Below are positions 47,195 through 55,584 of a DNA stretch of 64,000 bases, piece by piece; the stretch's first letter is position 1; each line of letters starts with the position of its first letter. Where the stretch lies: contig DZBJ01000003.1 in assembly GCA_022736275.1 (NCBI GenBank), forward strand, positions 6,727 through 70,726, written 5' to 3'. The stretch is from Rikenella microfusus. GTDB taxonomy: Bacteria; Bacteroidota; Bacteroidia; Bacteroidales; VadinHA17. Made by a program: the position numbers and the translations under genes. The notes under the pieces were generated by a model. That model was not told the origin of the DNA. It saw nothing but the letters and a program-made list of their open reading frames with translations, and searched no databases.

Positions 47195-48586
47195 ATGAAG
47201 AAGAAAAAAATACTCACCGCTATCATCATTACGGCAGCCGCAACACTGTCCGCAGCATCATACGCTACACCACCGGAAGGTGACGGGCGGACCGGCAACA
47301 GCACCCCACAGCAGGTGGTTGTGAACAACTATTATCACGACGGAGGTTACGAATATGCATCGAGAATAAAGAGGTTTCACACTTCCTATGTGACTTTCGA
47401 CTTCTACTCGCCGGTGTTTACAGAGACCTACTGGTACAGGTACACTCCATATTCATGGGGTATCTCAATATATGACGACTGGTACTATTACGGTGCGGGT
47501 TTTTCACAAAATGCATGGAGGAGCGGATTCGGAGGCTCTTACTGGTGGGGCTTTGACCAGTGGAGGGGATATAGCCCCTGGATGGGTTACGGATGGAACT
47601 CGTGGTACGGTGGGAGCATAAGCTACAGCGTCAATTTTTACCTCGGCAGGCCACATTACCATTATCCGGTGGCATGCAACAGCTGGAACAGTTACCGTTC
47701 CGGAAACCACTACAGTGCTGTCACTGTAAACAATTACAACACTTACAACTATTACTACGGGTCAGAAAAGAGGAGCAGCTCCCAGGGCAATTCCATAAAT
47801 TATAACCCTGCAAATTCAAGCTCATCAGCACGCCGGTCAGGGTACACCTCAACCGGTGGCAGGAGCTCTGCTGCCGGAGCTGCCGCGGGAGCATCCGGCA
47901 GCGATGCCACTCAGCCCGGTTCCCAGAGCCGCTCGCAGGCTGGAACGCAGAGCCGTTCGCAGACAGGTACCCGGAGTCAGGCCCAGGCAGGCAGCCAGGG
48001 TCAGGCTCAGGCTCAGACAGGAAATCAGGGCCGCGACCAGACAGGTAATGCACCGGATGCTCACTCCGGAGGAGATAAGAATAATGGGAACAACGGTCTC
48101 CGCATGGGACAATACAGGAGAGGAGTTGCCGAACCCGCCGAGCCCGGAGATAACGGCCTGCCCCGCACCAACAATCCCAATGTGAATGACCGGACAGACC
48201 CGGGCAGGGAACAAGACAACGCTGCAGGCAACAGCGGCAGGCAGAACACCAGGACCAAACAGAACAACGGTGGCCAGCAGACCAGCCCATCACAGAACAG
48301 CAGTGGCCAGCAGCCAGGCACTCAGCAGGGCAGCAGCGGTCAGAAGTCTTCAGCAGACCGGGCGCCGGCAAGATCCATGCCCCGACGGCAGGTTCAGACC
48401 ATGGTGCATAACGCCACAGAAACCGGTGAGGCTATTGTGCGAAAGGAAACTCCGTCAGGCAACTCCTCACAAAAAGAAAAATCAGCTCAGCAGGGCAACG
48501 GGAAGAGGGCTGAAAACTCTTCCGAAGCAACTGCTGCGGGCAATGAATCAGGAAAAAGTACCACTTCTTCACGAAAGAAACGATAA
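47195..48586 (+). CDS. Secreted low-complexity protein with a Tyr/Trp/Gly-rich core and a Ser/Gln/Gly/Asn/Arg-rich disordered tail
   Basis: Signal peptide MKKKKILTAIIITAAATLSAASYA. It shares the VVNNYY motif with the next gene. The aromatic segment reads GSYWWGFDQWRGYSPWMGYGWNSWYGG. About 260 aa of polar tail end in SRKKR. The ORF track starts at a TTG at 47129. I prefer the ATG at 47195. Confidence 0.7.
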   Translation: MKKKKILTAIIITAAATLSAASYATPPEGDGRTGNSTPQQVVVNNYYHDGGYEYASRIKRFHTSYVTFDFYSPVFTETYWYRYTPYSWGISIYDDWYYYGAGFSQNAWRSGFGGSYWWGFDQWRGYSPWMGYGWNSWYGGSISYSVNFYLGRPHYHYPVACNSWNSYRSGNHYSAVTVNNYNTYNYYYGSEKRSSSQGNSINYNPANSSSSARRSGYTSTGGRSSAAGAAAGASGSDATQPGSQSRSQAGTQSRSQTGTRSQAQAGSQGQAQAQTGNQGRDQTGNAPDAHSGGDKNNGNNGLRMGQYRRGVAEPAEPGDNGLPRTNNPNVNDRTDPGREQDNAAGNSGRQNTRTKQNNGGQQTSPSQNSSGQQPGTQQGSSGQKSSADRAPARSMPRRQVQTMVHNATETGEAIVRKETPSGNSSQKEKSAQQGNGKRAENSSEATAAGNESGKSTTSSRKKR

Positions 48587-48658
48587 TTGGAAGCCTTGCC
48601 GGGCATAATTGGTACGGAATTTGTATAAATTTGTGGTAGATAACCACAGGAGGGTAAA

Positions 48659-50110
48659 ATGAAAAAGTTCTGGTACATAATTCCGGCAATAGTTCTGACA
48701 GCTGGCTCGTGCACATCAACGAGCTACACAGGAGCTTCCAATGACGACCTGTACTACAGACCATCGGAAGAACAGGTTACCCCATCAGCGGCCACCGTTC
48801 AGGCCGTAAGTACAGACCCGGCGTACTATGATAATATCTTTGCCGCCGACACCCTCATAGCCGACGAATACAATCCCGATAGCGAATATCTGGCTTACAA
48901 TACCGCTTCCGAGGCTGCAGTGGTAAACAACTACTACGGCAGCAGCGCTGCCGAAAGGATATACCTTTTCAATGACAGTTTCTATCCTTACTGGCAAGAT
49001 CCATACTATTATTCGCCATTCTCGATGAGCCTCAGCTTCGGGTTTGGATACGGCTACGGCTACGGGGGCTACTACGGATATCCTTATGGTTATTATCCCT
49101 ACTATGACTGGTACTATCCTTACTACGGCTGGGGCGGATATCCATACTATCCGTATTACGGCTATCCATACGGCGGTTGCTGCTATCCTCCCTATTACGG
49201 AAGTGGTGATTACTACGTCACTGAGGGCCGCAGGGGCGGCTACAGCACCATGTCCGGAGGCGCATACACCAGCTCTGATACCAGGAGCAAGTCCGGGTAC
49301 GCGCCAGCATCGGGGTCATATACCAGCAGGAGGCTTGGCTCCTCATCTGCAGGCACAGCAGCAACCGCAGGAACTGCTGCAATGGCAGCCACATCCGGCA
49401 CCCGCAGAACAGCCGCGGAAACCGGTACCTATACCAAGGCAGGAGGATCTGCAACTGATGTCGTAACAAGACCTGAATACACCCGCCGCGATGGCACTGG
49501 CGCAACCAGCCAGACACAGACCAGGACTCAGTCACAGGTAAGACCTGAGAGCGTTACGCAGGCTCAAACACAGACAAGAAGCCAGTCGCAGTACCAGACG
49601 CCGTCCAGAACACAGACGCAGACACAGTCACAGACGCAGACACAGTCACAGACGCCGTCCAGAACACAGACACAGACGCAGAGCGTGAACAGACCGCAGT
49701 ACCAAACTACCGAGCGGACTTACACCCCGAGCTACAACACCCCGAGGGTAACCTCAAGACCTTCATATAACACCACACGCAGCACTGAAACGACGCAGAG
49801 CAGCGGTACCGTCTACAACAGGAGCTCGTCATCACCCAGCAGAAGCTCATCGGGATACTCGCCCTCGAGATCATCTTCACCGTCGGTGCAGTACTCCACC
49901 CCCTCACGCAGCAGCTCATCGTCACCAAGCTATAACAGGAGCAGCAGCGGATCATCATACTCCGGCGGCGGCAGCAGAAGCTACAGCTCAGGCAGCTCCG
50001 GCGGTTCAAGCTCCGGCGGCAGCTACAGCGGAGGATCATCCTCAGGCTCATCCTCAGGCGGATCACGTTCGTCATCGTCCTCATCCTCTTCGGGCGGTTC
50101 CAGGAGATAA
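48659..50110 (+). CDS. Lipoprotein-like low-complexity paralog with a Tyr/Gly/Pro-rich core, Thr/Gln/Ser repeats and a Ser/Gly tail
   Basis: Signal peptide with lipobox-like LTAGSC. It has the VVNNYY motif and the segment GYGYGYGGYYGYPYGYYPYYDWYYPYYGWGGYPYYPYYGYPYGG. QTPSRTQTQTQSQTQTQS is repeated. The tail reads SSGGSSSGGSYSGGSSSGSSSGGSRSSSSSSSSGGSRR. Confidence 0.7.
   Translation: MKKFWYIIPAIVLTAGSCTSTSYTGASNDDLYYRPSEEQVTPSAATVQAVSTDPAYYDNIFAADTLIADEYNPDSEYLAYNTASEAAVVNNYYGSSAAERIYLFNDSFYPYWQDPYYYSPFSMSLSFGFGYGYGYGGYYGYPYGYYPYYDWYYPYYGWGGYPYYPYYGYPYGGCCYPPYYGSGDYYVTEGRRGGYSTMSGGAYTSSDTRSKSGYAPASGSYTSRRLGSSSAGTAATAGTAAMAATSGTRRTAAETGTYTKAGGSATDVVTRPEYTRRDGTGATSQTQTRTQSQVRPESVTQAQTQTRSQSQYQTPSRTQTQTQSQTQTQSQTPSRTQTQTQSVNRPQYQTTERTYTPSYNTPRVTSRPSYNTTRSTETTQSSGTVYNRSSSSPSRSSSGYSPSRSSSPSVQYSTPSRSSSSSPSYNRSSSGSSYSGGGSRSYSSGSSGGSSSGGSYSGGSSSGSSSGGSRSSSSSSSSGGSRR
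49595..49684 (+). repeat. In-frame coding tandem repeat (54-nt unit built from cagacN hexamers)
   Basis: cagacgccgtccagaacacagac begins at both 49595 and 49649, a period of 54 nt or 18 aa. Cagaca, cagacg and cagtca hexamers fill the interval between them. Confidence 0.85.
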
Positions 50111-50187
50111 ATTAACCGGCATACAGAAAACGTTCATGTTCCGCAAAAACCAGGAGCAACAGGGATTGTATACAAAAAAAACAGGAA

Positions 50188-51702
50188 ATGAAAAGGAAAA
50201 TAGCACTCACAGCCACCATCGTTCTGCTGCTCCCGCTCTGGGTCAGCAGCCAGACCCTGGATGATGCACTCAGGTATTCAAAGACCTTCTATCAGGGTAC
50301 TGCCAGGTTTAACGGCATGAGCGGTGCCTTCACCGCCCTGGGCGGCGACATCTCGGCCATAGGCATTAACCCGGCCGCAGCAGGAGTCTTCCGCTCAACG
50401 GAATTTGCGGTCACACCTATGGTCCTTTTCCGTGACCTGAATACCAATTATAAAGGTTTTGGCAATAATGACAGCTACTCCGGATTCATCCTGGGTCAGA
50501 TAGGAGTGGTCTCCGCCTTCGGTACAGGCAATAGCTCGGGATTGACAAATATGAGCCTGGCCTACACATTCAACAGGACAAACAACTACTTCCGAAATTC
50601 AATTATTGACGGAATCAATGATGACGGCTCAATGGCCGACTTCTGGGCTCTCCAGGCCAACGGCTACAGGACCGGCGAACTGACAGGGGCCCCCTGGATG
50701 GCTTATGAGGCTTACCTTATAGATACACTTTCAGGATACCTTGACCAGTATGCATCAATATTCTCATATTACGGTGATGGTCCACCAACATATGGTCAGC
50801 AGGTGAAGCGAACCATCGACAATGCCGGTTTCAGTAACGAACATACAATTGCCCTTGGTGCCAATATCAGTGACAAGATTTACTTTGGCATTGGTTTTGG
50901 AATAACAAGCATCTCATATTCAGGGCATTATGTTCACAGAGAAATTGATGAGGCTCAGAGGGTGTTTGACTTTGTTAACTTTACATATACTGATCACTTC
51001 AATGCCTCCGGCTCAGGCTGGAACTTCAAGGTCGGAACAATACTCAGACCAGTGGAATCACTCAGGCTGGGATTCAGTTTCACCACACCTACCTGGTACA
51101 ATATAGATGAGGTGTTCTATAATAACCTTACTGCGTTCCTCGACAATGATACACCTAATAACAGCAATGATGACGCAAGTCCTGTAATCAACTCTGATGA
51201 CATGGGGTATCGCTATCGCATTACCACTCCCTACCACATCAACGCGGGTATCGCTTACCAGATAGGTAATTTCGGGCTGATCAGCGCTGATTACGAGTTT
51301 ATTGATTATGGCAAGGCAAGACTGAGCGACGGCTCTGACGGTTATAACTTCAATGATGAAAATCAAGATATGGTAACCGAACTGGGTAGTGCGGGAACTT
51401 TCCGGATAGGAGCCGAGGCGCGTATTAGCGGATTCTATCTGAGAGGCGGTTACAGTTACACCGGATCTGCTTTCCAGGAAGGAACCCTGAATGAGAATGC
51501 AGACGCCAATGGCTACAGCGCAGGGATAGGTTACAGACACGATAACTTCTTTGTTGATATGTCAATGGTCTGGCTGAACAGCTACGAGGCCTATATGATG
51601 TATCCCGATGATCCGAGGAGCAATCCCCTTTACAGCAGTGATCCTGTGGACATGTTTACGAAAGATAAATACCTGTCGTTTACGGTTGGACTGAAATTCT
51701 GA
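50188..51702 (+). CDS. FadL/PorV-like outer-membrane beta-barrel protein (hypothetical)
   Basis: 504 aa with a signal peptide. The N-terminal segment GTARFNGMSGAFTALGGDISAIGINPAAAG resembles the conserved N-terminal hatch of FadL/OmpP1-type barrels. The protein ends ..SFTVGLKF. Confidence 0.55.
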   Translation: MKRKIALTATIVLLLPLWVSSQTLDDALRYSKTFYQGTARFNGMSGAFTALGGDISAIGINPAAAGVFRSTEFAVTPMVLFRDLNTNYKGFGNNDSYSGFILGQIGVVSAFGTGNSSGLTNMSLAYTFNRTNNYFRNSIIDGINDDGSMADFWALQANGYRTGELTGAPWMAYEAYLIDTLSGYLDQYASIFSYYGDGPPTYGQQVKRTIDNAGFSNEHTIALGANISDKIYFGIGFGITSISYSGHYVHREIDEAQRVFDFVNFTYTDHFNASGSGWNFKVGTILRPVESLRLGFSFTTPTWYNIDEVFYNNLTAFLDNDTPNNSNDDASPVINSDDMGYRYRITTPYHINAGIAYQIGNFGLISADYEFIDYGKARLSDGSDGYNFNDENQDMVTELGSAGTFRIGAEARISGFYLRGGYSYTGSAFQEGTLNENADANGYSAGIGYRHDNFFVDMSMVWLNSYEAYMMYPDDPRSNPLYSSDPVDMFTKDKYLSFTVGLKF

Positions 51703-51709
51703 AAGTTGG

Positions 51710-52357
51710 TTATATGTCAGCGGTATCCAGGGACCTCAGCAGCAATGCTCCGGTCCCTGGTCCGTTATTGAGCAGCAGGTCTATAATACTCAGCCTGGGT
51801 GTAAATCCCTGTTTTTCTCCGAATACCTGGGTGTAGGAGAGGTGGGAAAAACCTCTGATTGAAGGAGGCCTCTTGGGAGAAATGGAATACCGGTAATCGT
51901 CATGGTGGATTTTTTCGGGGGTAAATTTTTCGGTGAATGTTATTTCCGGGGTCAGTCCGGCTGCTTCGCAGACCGCCTTCAGGGCTTCTGTATTGAGATC
52001 AAGAAGGAAAATGCACTGCCTGGAAATAATCTGGCTGATGATATCATAATAGAATTCGAAGTAGGGAGCTGAAGCATAGGCTGAGGTGATCCCCCTGAGG
52101 TGAAGCTCCCTCCATCTCCTGGTGTTGTCAATCTTCAGGTCGCGTAGCGCCGTCTTGTGAAATGATCCCCTCAAGACAGGAACGATGATTGGAAGAGGCC
52201 CGTTGGCACCCAGTATCATGCACCTGTTGCGGTAGGTCTGCTTGATATAATTCTCATGCGCTTCAATGATTACCTTCCTGCAATGGGCAATCAGGCTGAA
52301 ATATTCAGCAGGAGGAAAGTAGGCCGTGGAAAGAAGCACCTCCCCGCTCATCTCCAT
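51710..52357 (-). CDS. WbqC-family protein (function unknown)
   Basis: 215 aa. The N-terminus LLSTAYFPPAEYFSLIA and ..YIKQTYRNRC.I fit the WbqC-like family as I recall it. Its ATG directly abuts the larB stop codon. Confidence 0.65.
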   Translation of the reverse strand: MEMSGEVLLSTAYFPPAEYFSLIAHCRKVIIEAHENYIKQTYRNRCMILGANGPLPIIVPVLRGSFHKTALRDLKIDNTRRWRELHLRGITSAYASAPYFEFYYDIISQIISRQCIFLLDLNTEALKAVCEAAGLTPEITFTEKFTPEKIHHDDYRYSISPKRPPSIRGFSHLSYTQVFGEKQGFTPRLSIIDLLLNNGPGTGALLLRSLDTADI

Positions 52358-53104
52358 TTAAAGCCTGTTGATCCTGCTTGCCGAGAAACCGGCCCCGAAA
52401 CCATTGTCAATATTCACCACCGTAACCCCTGCAGCGCAGCTCGTTAGCATTGCAAGTAGGGCCGAGAGACCTTCGAATGAAGCCCCGTATCCCACACTGG
52501 TGGGCACCGCTATGACCGGCATGTTGACCAGTCCTCCCACAACGCTGGCCAGCGCTCCCTCCATCCCTGCAATGACGACAGAAACCCTGCATCCGCGTAT
52601 CTCGGGCAGCTTGTCAACCAGCCTGTGTATGCCAGCCACACCTGCATCATAGATCCTTACAACATTGTTCCCCAGAAGCTCTGCAGTGACGGCAGCCTCT
52701 TCAGCTACCGGTATGTCTGAGGTGCCGGCTGTTATCACCGCTATTCTGGAAGAGGGAGGAACAATCTCCTTTTTCCTTATGCTTATGATGCGTGCAGTCT
52801 CATAGAAGACAGCATCAGGAAAAAAGGGGCTGATATATTCGAACATATCCTTTCCGGCCCGGGTACCTATTATATTGTTGCCATGTACCTCCATGGCGCT
52901 GAAAATGGCCCTTACCTGTTCATTGGTCTTCCCTGCGCAATAGACTATCTCAGGATATCCGGTCCGCAGCTCACGGTGATGGTCTATCCGCGCAAAGCCC
53001 AGGTCCGTATACGGGAAATCGCGCAGCTTCTCCATGGCTGCATCCACGCTCATGGTTCCCTTGCTGATCGCTTTCAATATCTTCTCAAGCTCGCCTGCAT
53101 TCAT
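52358..53104 (-). CDS. larB: Nickel-pincer cofactor biosynthesis protein LarB (NaAD carboxylase/hydrolase, PurE-like)
   Basis: 248 aa with ..ARIDHHRELRTGYPEIVYCAGKT.. followed by an AIR-carboxylase-like domain (VITAGTSDIPVAEEA...VVIAGMEGALASVVGG). Confidence 0.85.
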   Translation of the reverse strand: MNAGELEKILKAISKGTMSVDAAMEKLRDFPYTDLGFARIDHHRELRTGYPEIVYCAGKTNEQVRAIFSAMEVHGNNIIGTRAGKDMFEYISPFFPDAVFYETARIISIRKKEIVPPSSRIAVITAGTSDIPVAEEAAVTAELLGNNVVRIYDAGVAGIHRLVDKLPEIRGCRVSVVIAGMEGALASVVGGLVNMPVIAVPTSVGYGASFEGLSALLAMLTSCAAGVTVVNIDNGFGAGFSASRINRL

Positions 53105-53202
53105 GTTTTCTACTCTTTTTGTTCATACTGATACTTCAATGGCGCCGGGACTCTGTGGCAATGTCTTTGTAACCCGTTTTCCAATGAGTTAATTTGTTAT
53201 TG

Positions 53203-54501
53203 TTATCGCTTCACCTTTGCCATTATCTCCTGTATCACCTGTTTCATGGGGAGGCCGGTCTCCCCGGCAATGGCTGCACACCTGTCAGCCTCAGGCTTTG
53301 CGGAGACAAGCCGGCCGTTGAAAAAGGATTTCTTGATGACAACCTTCCCGAAGCGTGTCTCTGTCTCCTCAAACTCGCGATGCAGCATCTCCTTGATAAA
53401 TGGCATAACCCGCAGGCCTATGGTGGTTGATTCTGTAAAGAGTATCTCCCTTACGGCGTCCTTCTGCTCCTCCTCGCAGATGACACTGAGGGTGAAGGCC
53501 GGTCTTCCCTTTTTCATTATCACCGGAGTGAACCATACATCACCTGCTCCGGCTGCAAAGAGCCTGGCAGATATGTAATCCGATAATTCCGGATTCATGT
53601 CGTCAACATTGCACTCCACCAGGAAGGCCTGGTGCCCCTTCTCTTTAACATCAACTGCATCAGCAAGATGGACTCTGAGAATATTCGGACGTGCAGGATT
53701 CTTCTTCTGGCCTATGCCGTAGCCTGTGGCGCTTATGACGAAGTGCATGCCCTCCGGCAGAGGCTCGGCGAGGGCGGCGATGATCGCGGCTCCTGTTGGC
53801 GTGGTAGCCTCGAAGTTAACCCCCCCGGTCTGAACGGGAAAGCCTTCAATAATACGTGCTGTGGCAGGCGCCGGGACAGGAAGTAGCCCGTGCTCGCACC
53901 TGACCATGCCGCTGCCCAGCTCTATTGCAGAGACGTAGGCTTTATCAACACCCAGGGCCTCATAACAAATAGCAGCCCCGACGATATCCACTATCGAATC
54001 GATGGCCCCCACCTCATGAAAGTAAATCTCATTCACCGGTATGTCATGCACGGTGGCCTCAGCCACGGCTATCCGGCTGAATATCTTCATCGCCAGCCCG
54101 GTGACCTTGGTAGAGAGGGAACTCTCTTTTATTATCTTCTCTATGTCTGCGAGATTCCTGCGTCCGTCATGACTGACATGCCCGTGATCGTGATCGTGCC
54201 CGTGGTCATGGGAGTGATCATGCCCGTGGTCATGCCCGTGGTCGTGAGAGTGATCATCTCCAAGGTCATGCGGGTGATTATACCCGTTCCCTGAATCCTC
54301 CGGATCATCAGTCACCACGGTTACCCTGGTGCCTGACAGCCCGTGCCGCTGGTCGCGGGTGATCTCCAGCTTCCATCCCCCTACATTCAGTTTCTCAAGG
54401 CCGCTTATAAGGGTATCAGCGCTGACACCAAGATCGATCATGGCCCCCAGATTCATGTCACCGCTTATCCCCGAAAAACAGTCGTAATATAATATTCTCA
54501 T
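53203..54501 (-). CDS. larC: Nickel insertion protein LarC (NPN cyclometallase)
   Basis: 432 aa. The N-terminus is MRILYYDCFSGISGDMNLGAMIDLGV. A His/Asp-rich tract HPHDLGDDHSHDHGHDHGHDHSHDHGHDHDHGH is present. Confidence 0.9.
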   Translation of the reverse strand: MRILYYDCFSGISGDMNLGAMIDLGVSADTLISGLEKLNVGGWKLEITRDQRHGLSGTRVTVVTDDPEDSGNGYNHPHDLGDDHSHDHGHDHGHDHSHDHGHDHDHGHVSHDGRRNLADIEKIIKESSLSTKVTGLAMKIFSRIAVAEATVHDIPVNEIYFHEVGAIDSIVDIVGAAICYEALGVDKAYVSAIELGSGMVRCEHGLLPVPAPATARIIEGFPVQTGGVNFEATTPTGAAIIAALAEPLPEGMHFVISATGYGIGQKKNPARPNILRVHLADAVDVKEKGHQAFLVECNVDDMNPELSDYISARLFAAGAGDVWFTPVIMKKGRPAFTLSVICEEEQKDAVREILFTESTTIGLRVMPFIKEMLHREFEETETRFGKVVIKKSFFNGRLVSAKPEADRCAAIAGETGLPMKQVIQEIMAKVKR

Positions 54502-54657
54502 TTATTGTTTAGTTTTTTTAACATTTGGCGAGCAGCTTGCTCTGCTGCGGAAGCCCGCCTTCTCAGGCCGCTAATATAAGAATACGGAGCCGATATATTA
54601 AAAAAATTGTTTACTTTGCGTCTTCTTATTTTGGGGTCAATTTAGAGATTTGAGGGA

Positions 54658-55584
54658 ATGAAAAGACGAAATTTTTTACGCAGTTCGGTTGGAGCCGGAC
54701 TGGGGGCCGGAGCGTTGCTTAGCTTTGGCCGTTATGAGAAGGTTCTGGCAGGAAAGCCGCTTCCCGGCAGGTCCACATATGATCTTGTTGCAATTATGGG
54801 CGGAGAGCCTGCAGCCATGTTTGACATGGGAATCCAGGCTATGGGAGGTATGGGATCATTCGTCACCAAAGGACAGAAGGTACTGGTAAAACCAAACATA
54901 GGCTGGGATGTCATTCCTGACAGGGGTGCCAATACCAATCCTGCACTTGTAAAAAGGATAATAGAACACTGTTTGCGGGCAGGAGCCAAAGAGGTATATG
55001 TCTTCGACAATACATGCGATAACTGGATAAAATGTTACAAGAACTCAGGCATTGAACAGGCAGTGAAGGATGCCGGAGGCAAGATGGTTCCCGGCAATTC
55101 CGAGAGTTACTACCAGGAGGTCACCATCCCCAATGGCAAAAAGCTCACCAAAACCAAGGTTCATGAGCTTGTTATAAACAGTGACGTTTTTATTAATGTA
55201 CCGGTGCTCAAGCACCATAGCTCCGCAAGGATGACCGGCGCCCTCAAGAATATGATGGGAGTGGTATGGGATCGCGCATACTGGCACAGCAACGACCTTA
55301 ACCAGTGCATTGCCGATTATGCCCTCTACCCGAAAAAACCTTCACTGAACGTCACGGATGCATATAATGTGATGATGCGCAACGGACCGCGCGGCGTATC
55401 GAAGGAAGACCTGTCGAATATGAAAACACTGATGATCTCAACCGACTGGGTGGCTATTGATGCCGCCAGCGCAAAGTTTTTAGGAAAGGAACCGGCTTCC
55501 ATTGAACATATCGCCGTGGCAGCTGCCATGGGGCTCGGGAAGATGGATCTGGCAACAATGAATATCCACAGAATGAAAATGTAA
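54658..55584 (+). CDS. Tat-signal DUF362-domain protein
   Basis: 308 aa with the twin-arginine signal MKRRNFLRSSVGAGLGAGALLSF. VLVKPNIGW and PVLKHHSSARMTGALKNMMG match the DUF362 pattern as I recall it. Confidence 0.7.
   Translation: MKRRNFLRSSVGAGLGAGALLSFGRYEKVLAGKPLPGRSTYDLVAIMGGEPAAMFDMGIQAMGGMGSFVTKGQKVLVKPNIGWDVIPDRGANTNPALVKRIIEHCLRAGAKEVYVFDNTCDNWIKCYKNSGIEQAVKDAGGKMVPGNSESYYQEVTIPNGKKLTKTKVHELVINSDVFINVPVLKHHSSARMTGALKNMMGVVWDRAYWHSNDLNQCIADYALYPKKPSLNVTDAYNVMMRNGPRGVSKEDLSNMKTLMISTDWVAIDAASAKFLGKEPASIEHIAVAAAMGLGKMDLATMNIHRMKM

Noticed and set aside
47721-48371. A 216-aa minus-strand ORF, plus the ORFs at 47849-48214 and 48061-48321, antisense to the first low-complexity gene. Similar ORFs lie antisense at 49218-49535 and 49707-50084.
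   Set aside because: Repetitive codon composition suppresses stop codons in several frames. The sense frame has a signal peptide and a paralog next door, and the antisense products are Cys/Arg/Leu-rich nonsense.
54157-54276. Repetitive catgcccgtggtcatg-type DNA in larC as a possible frameshift, pseudogene or mobile repeat.
   Set aside because: It encodes the in-frame His/Asp-rich tract (HDHGHDHGHDHSHDHGHDHDHGH). That tract is an expected nickel-binding feature of LarC proteins, and the reading frame is intact on both sides.
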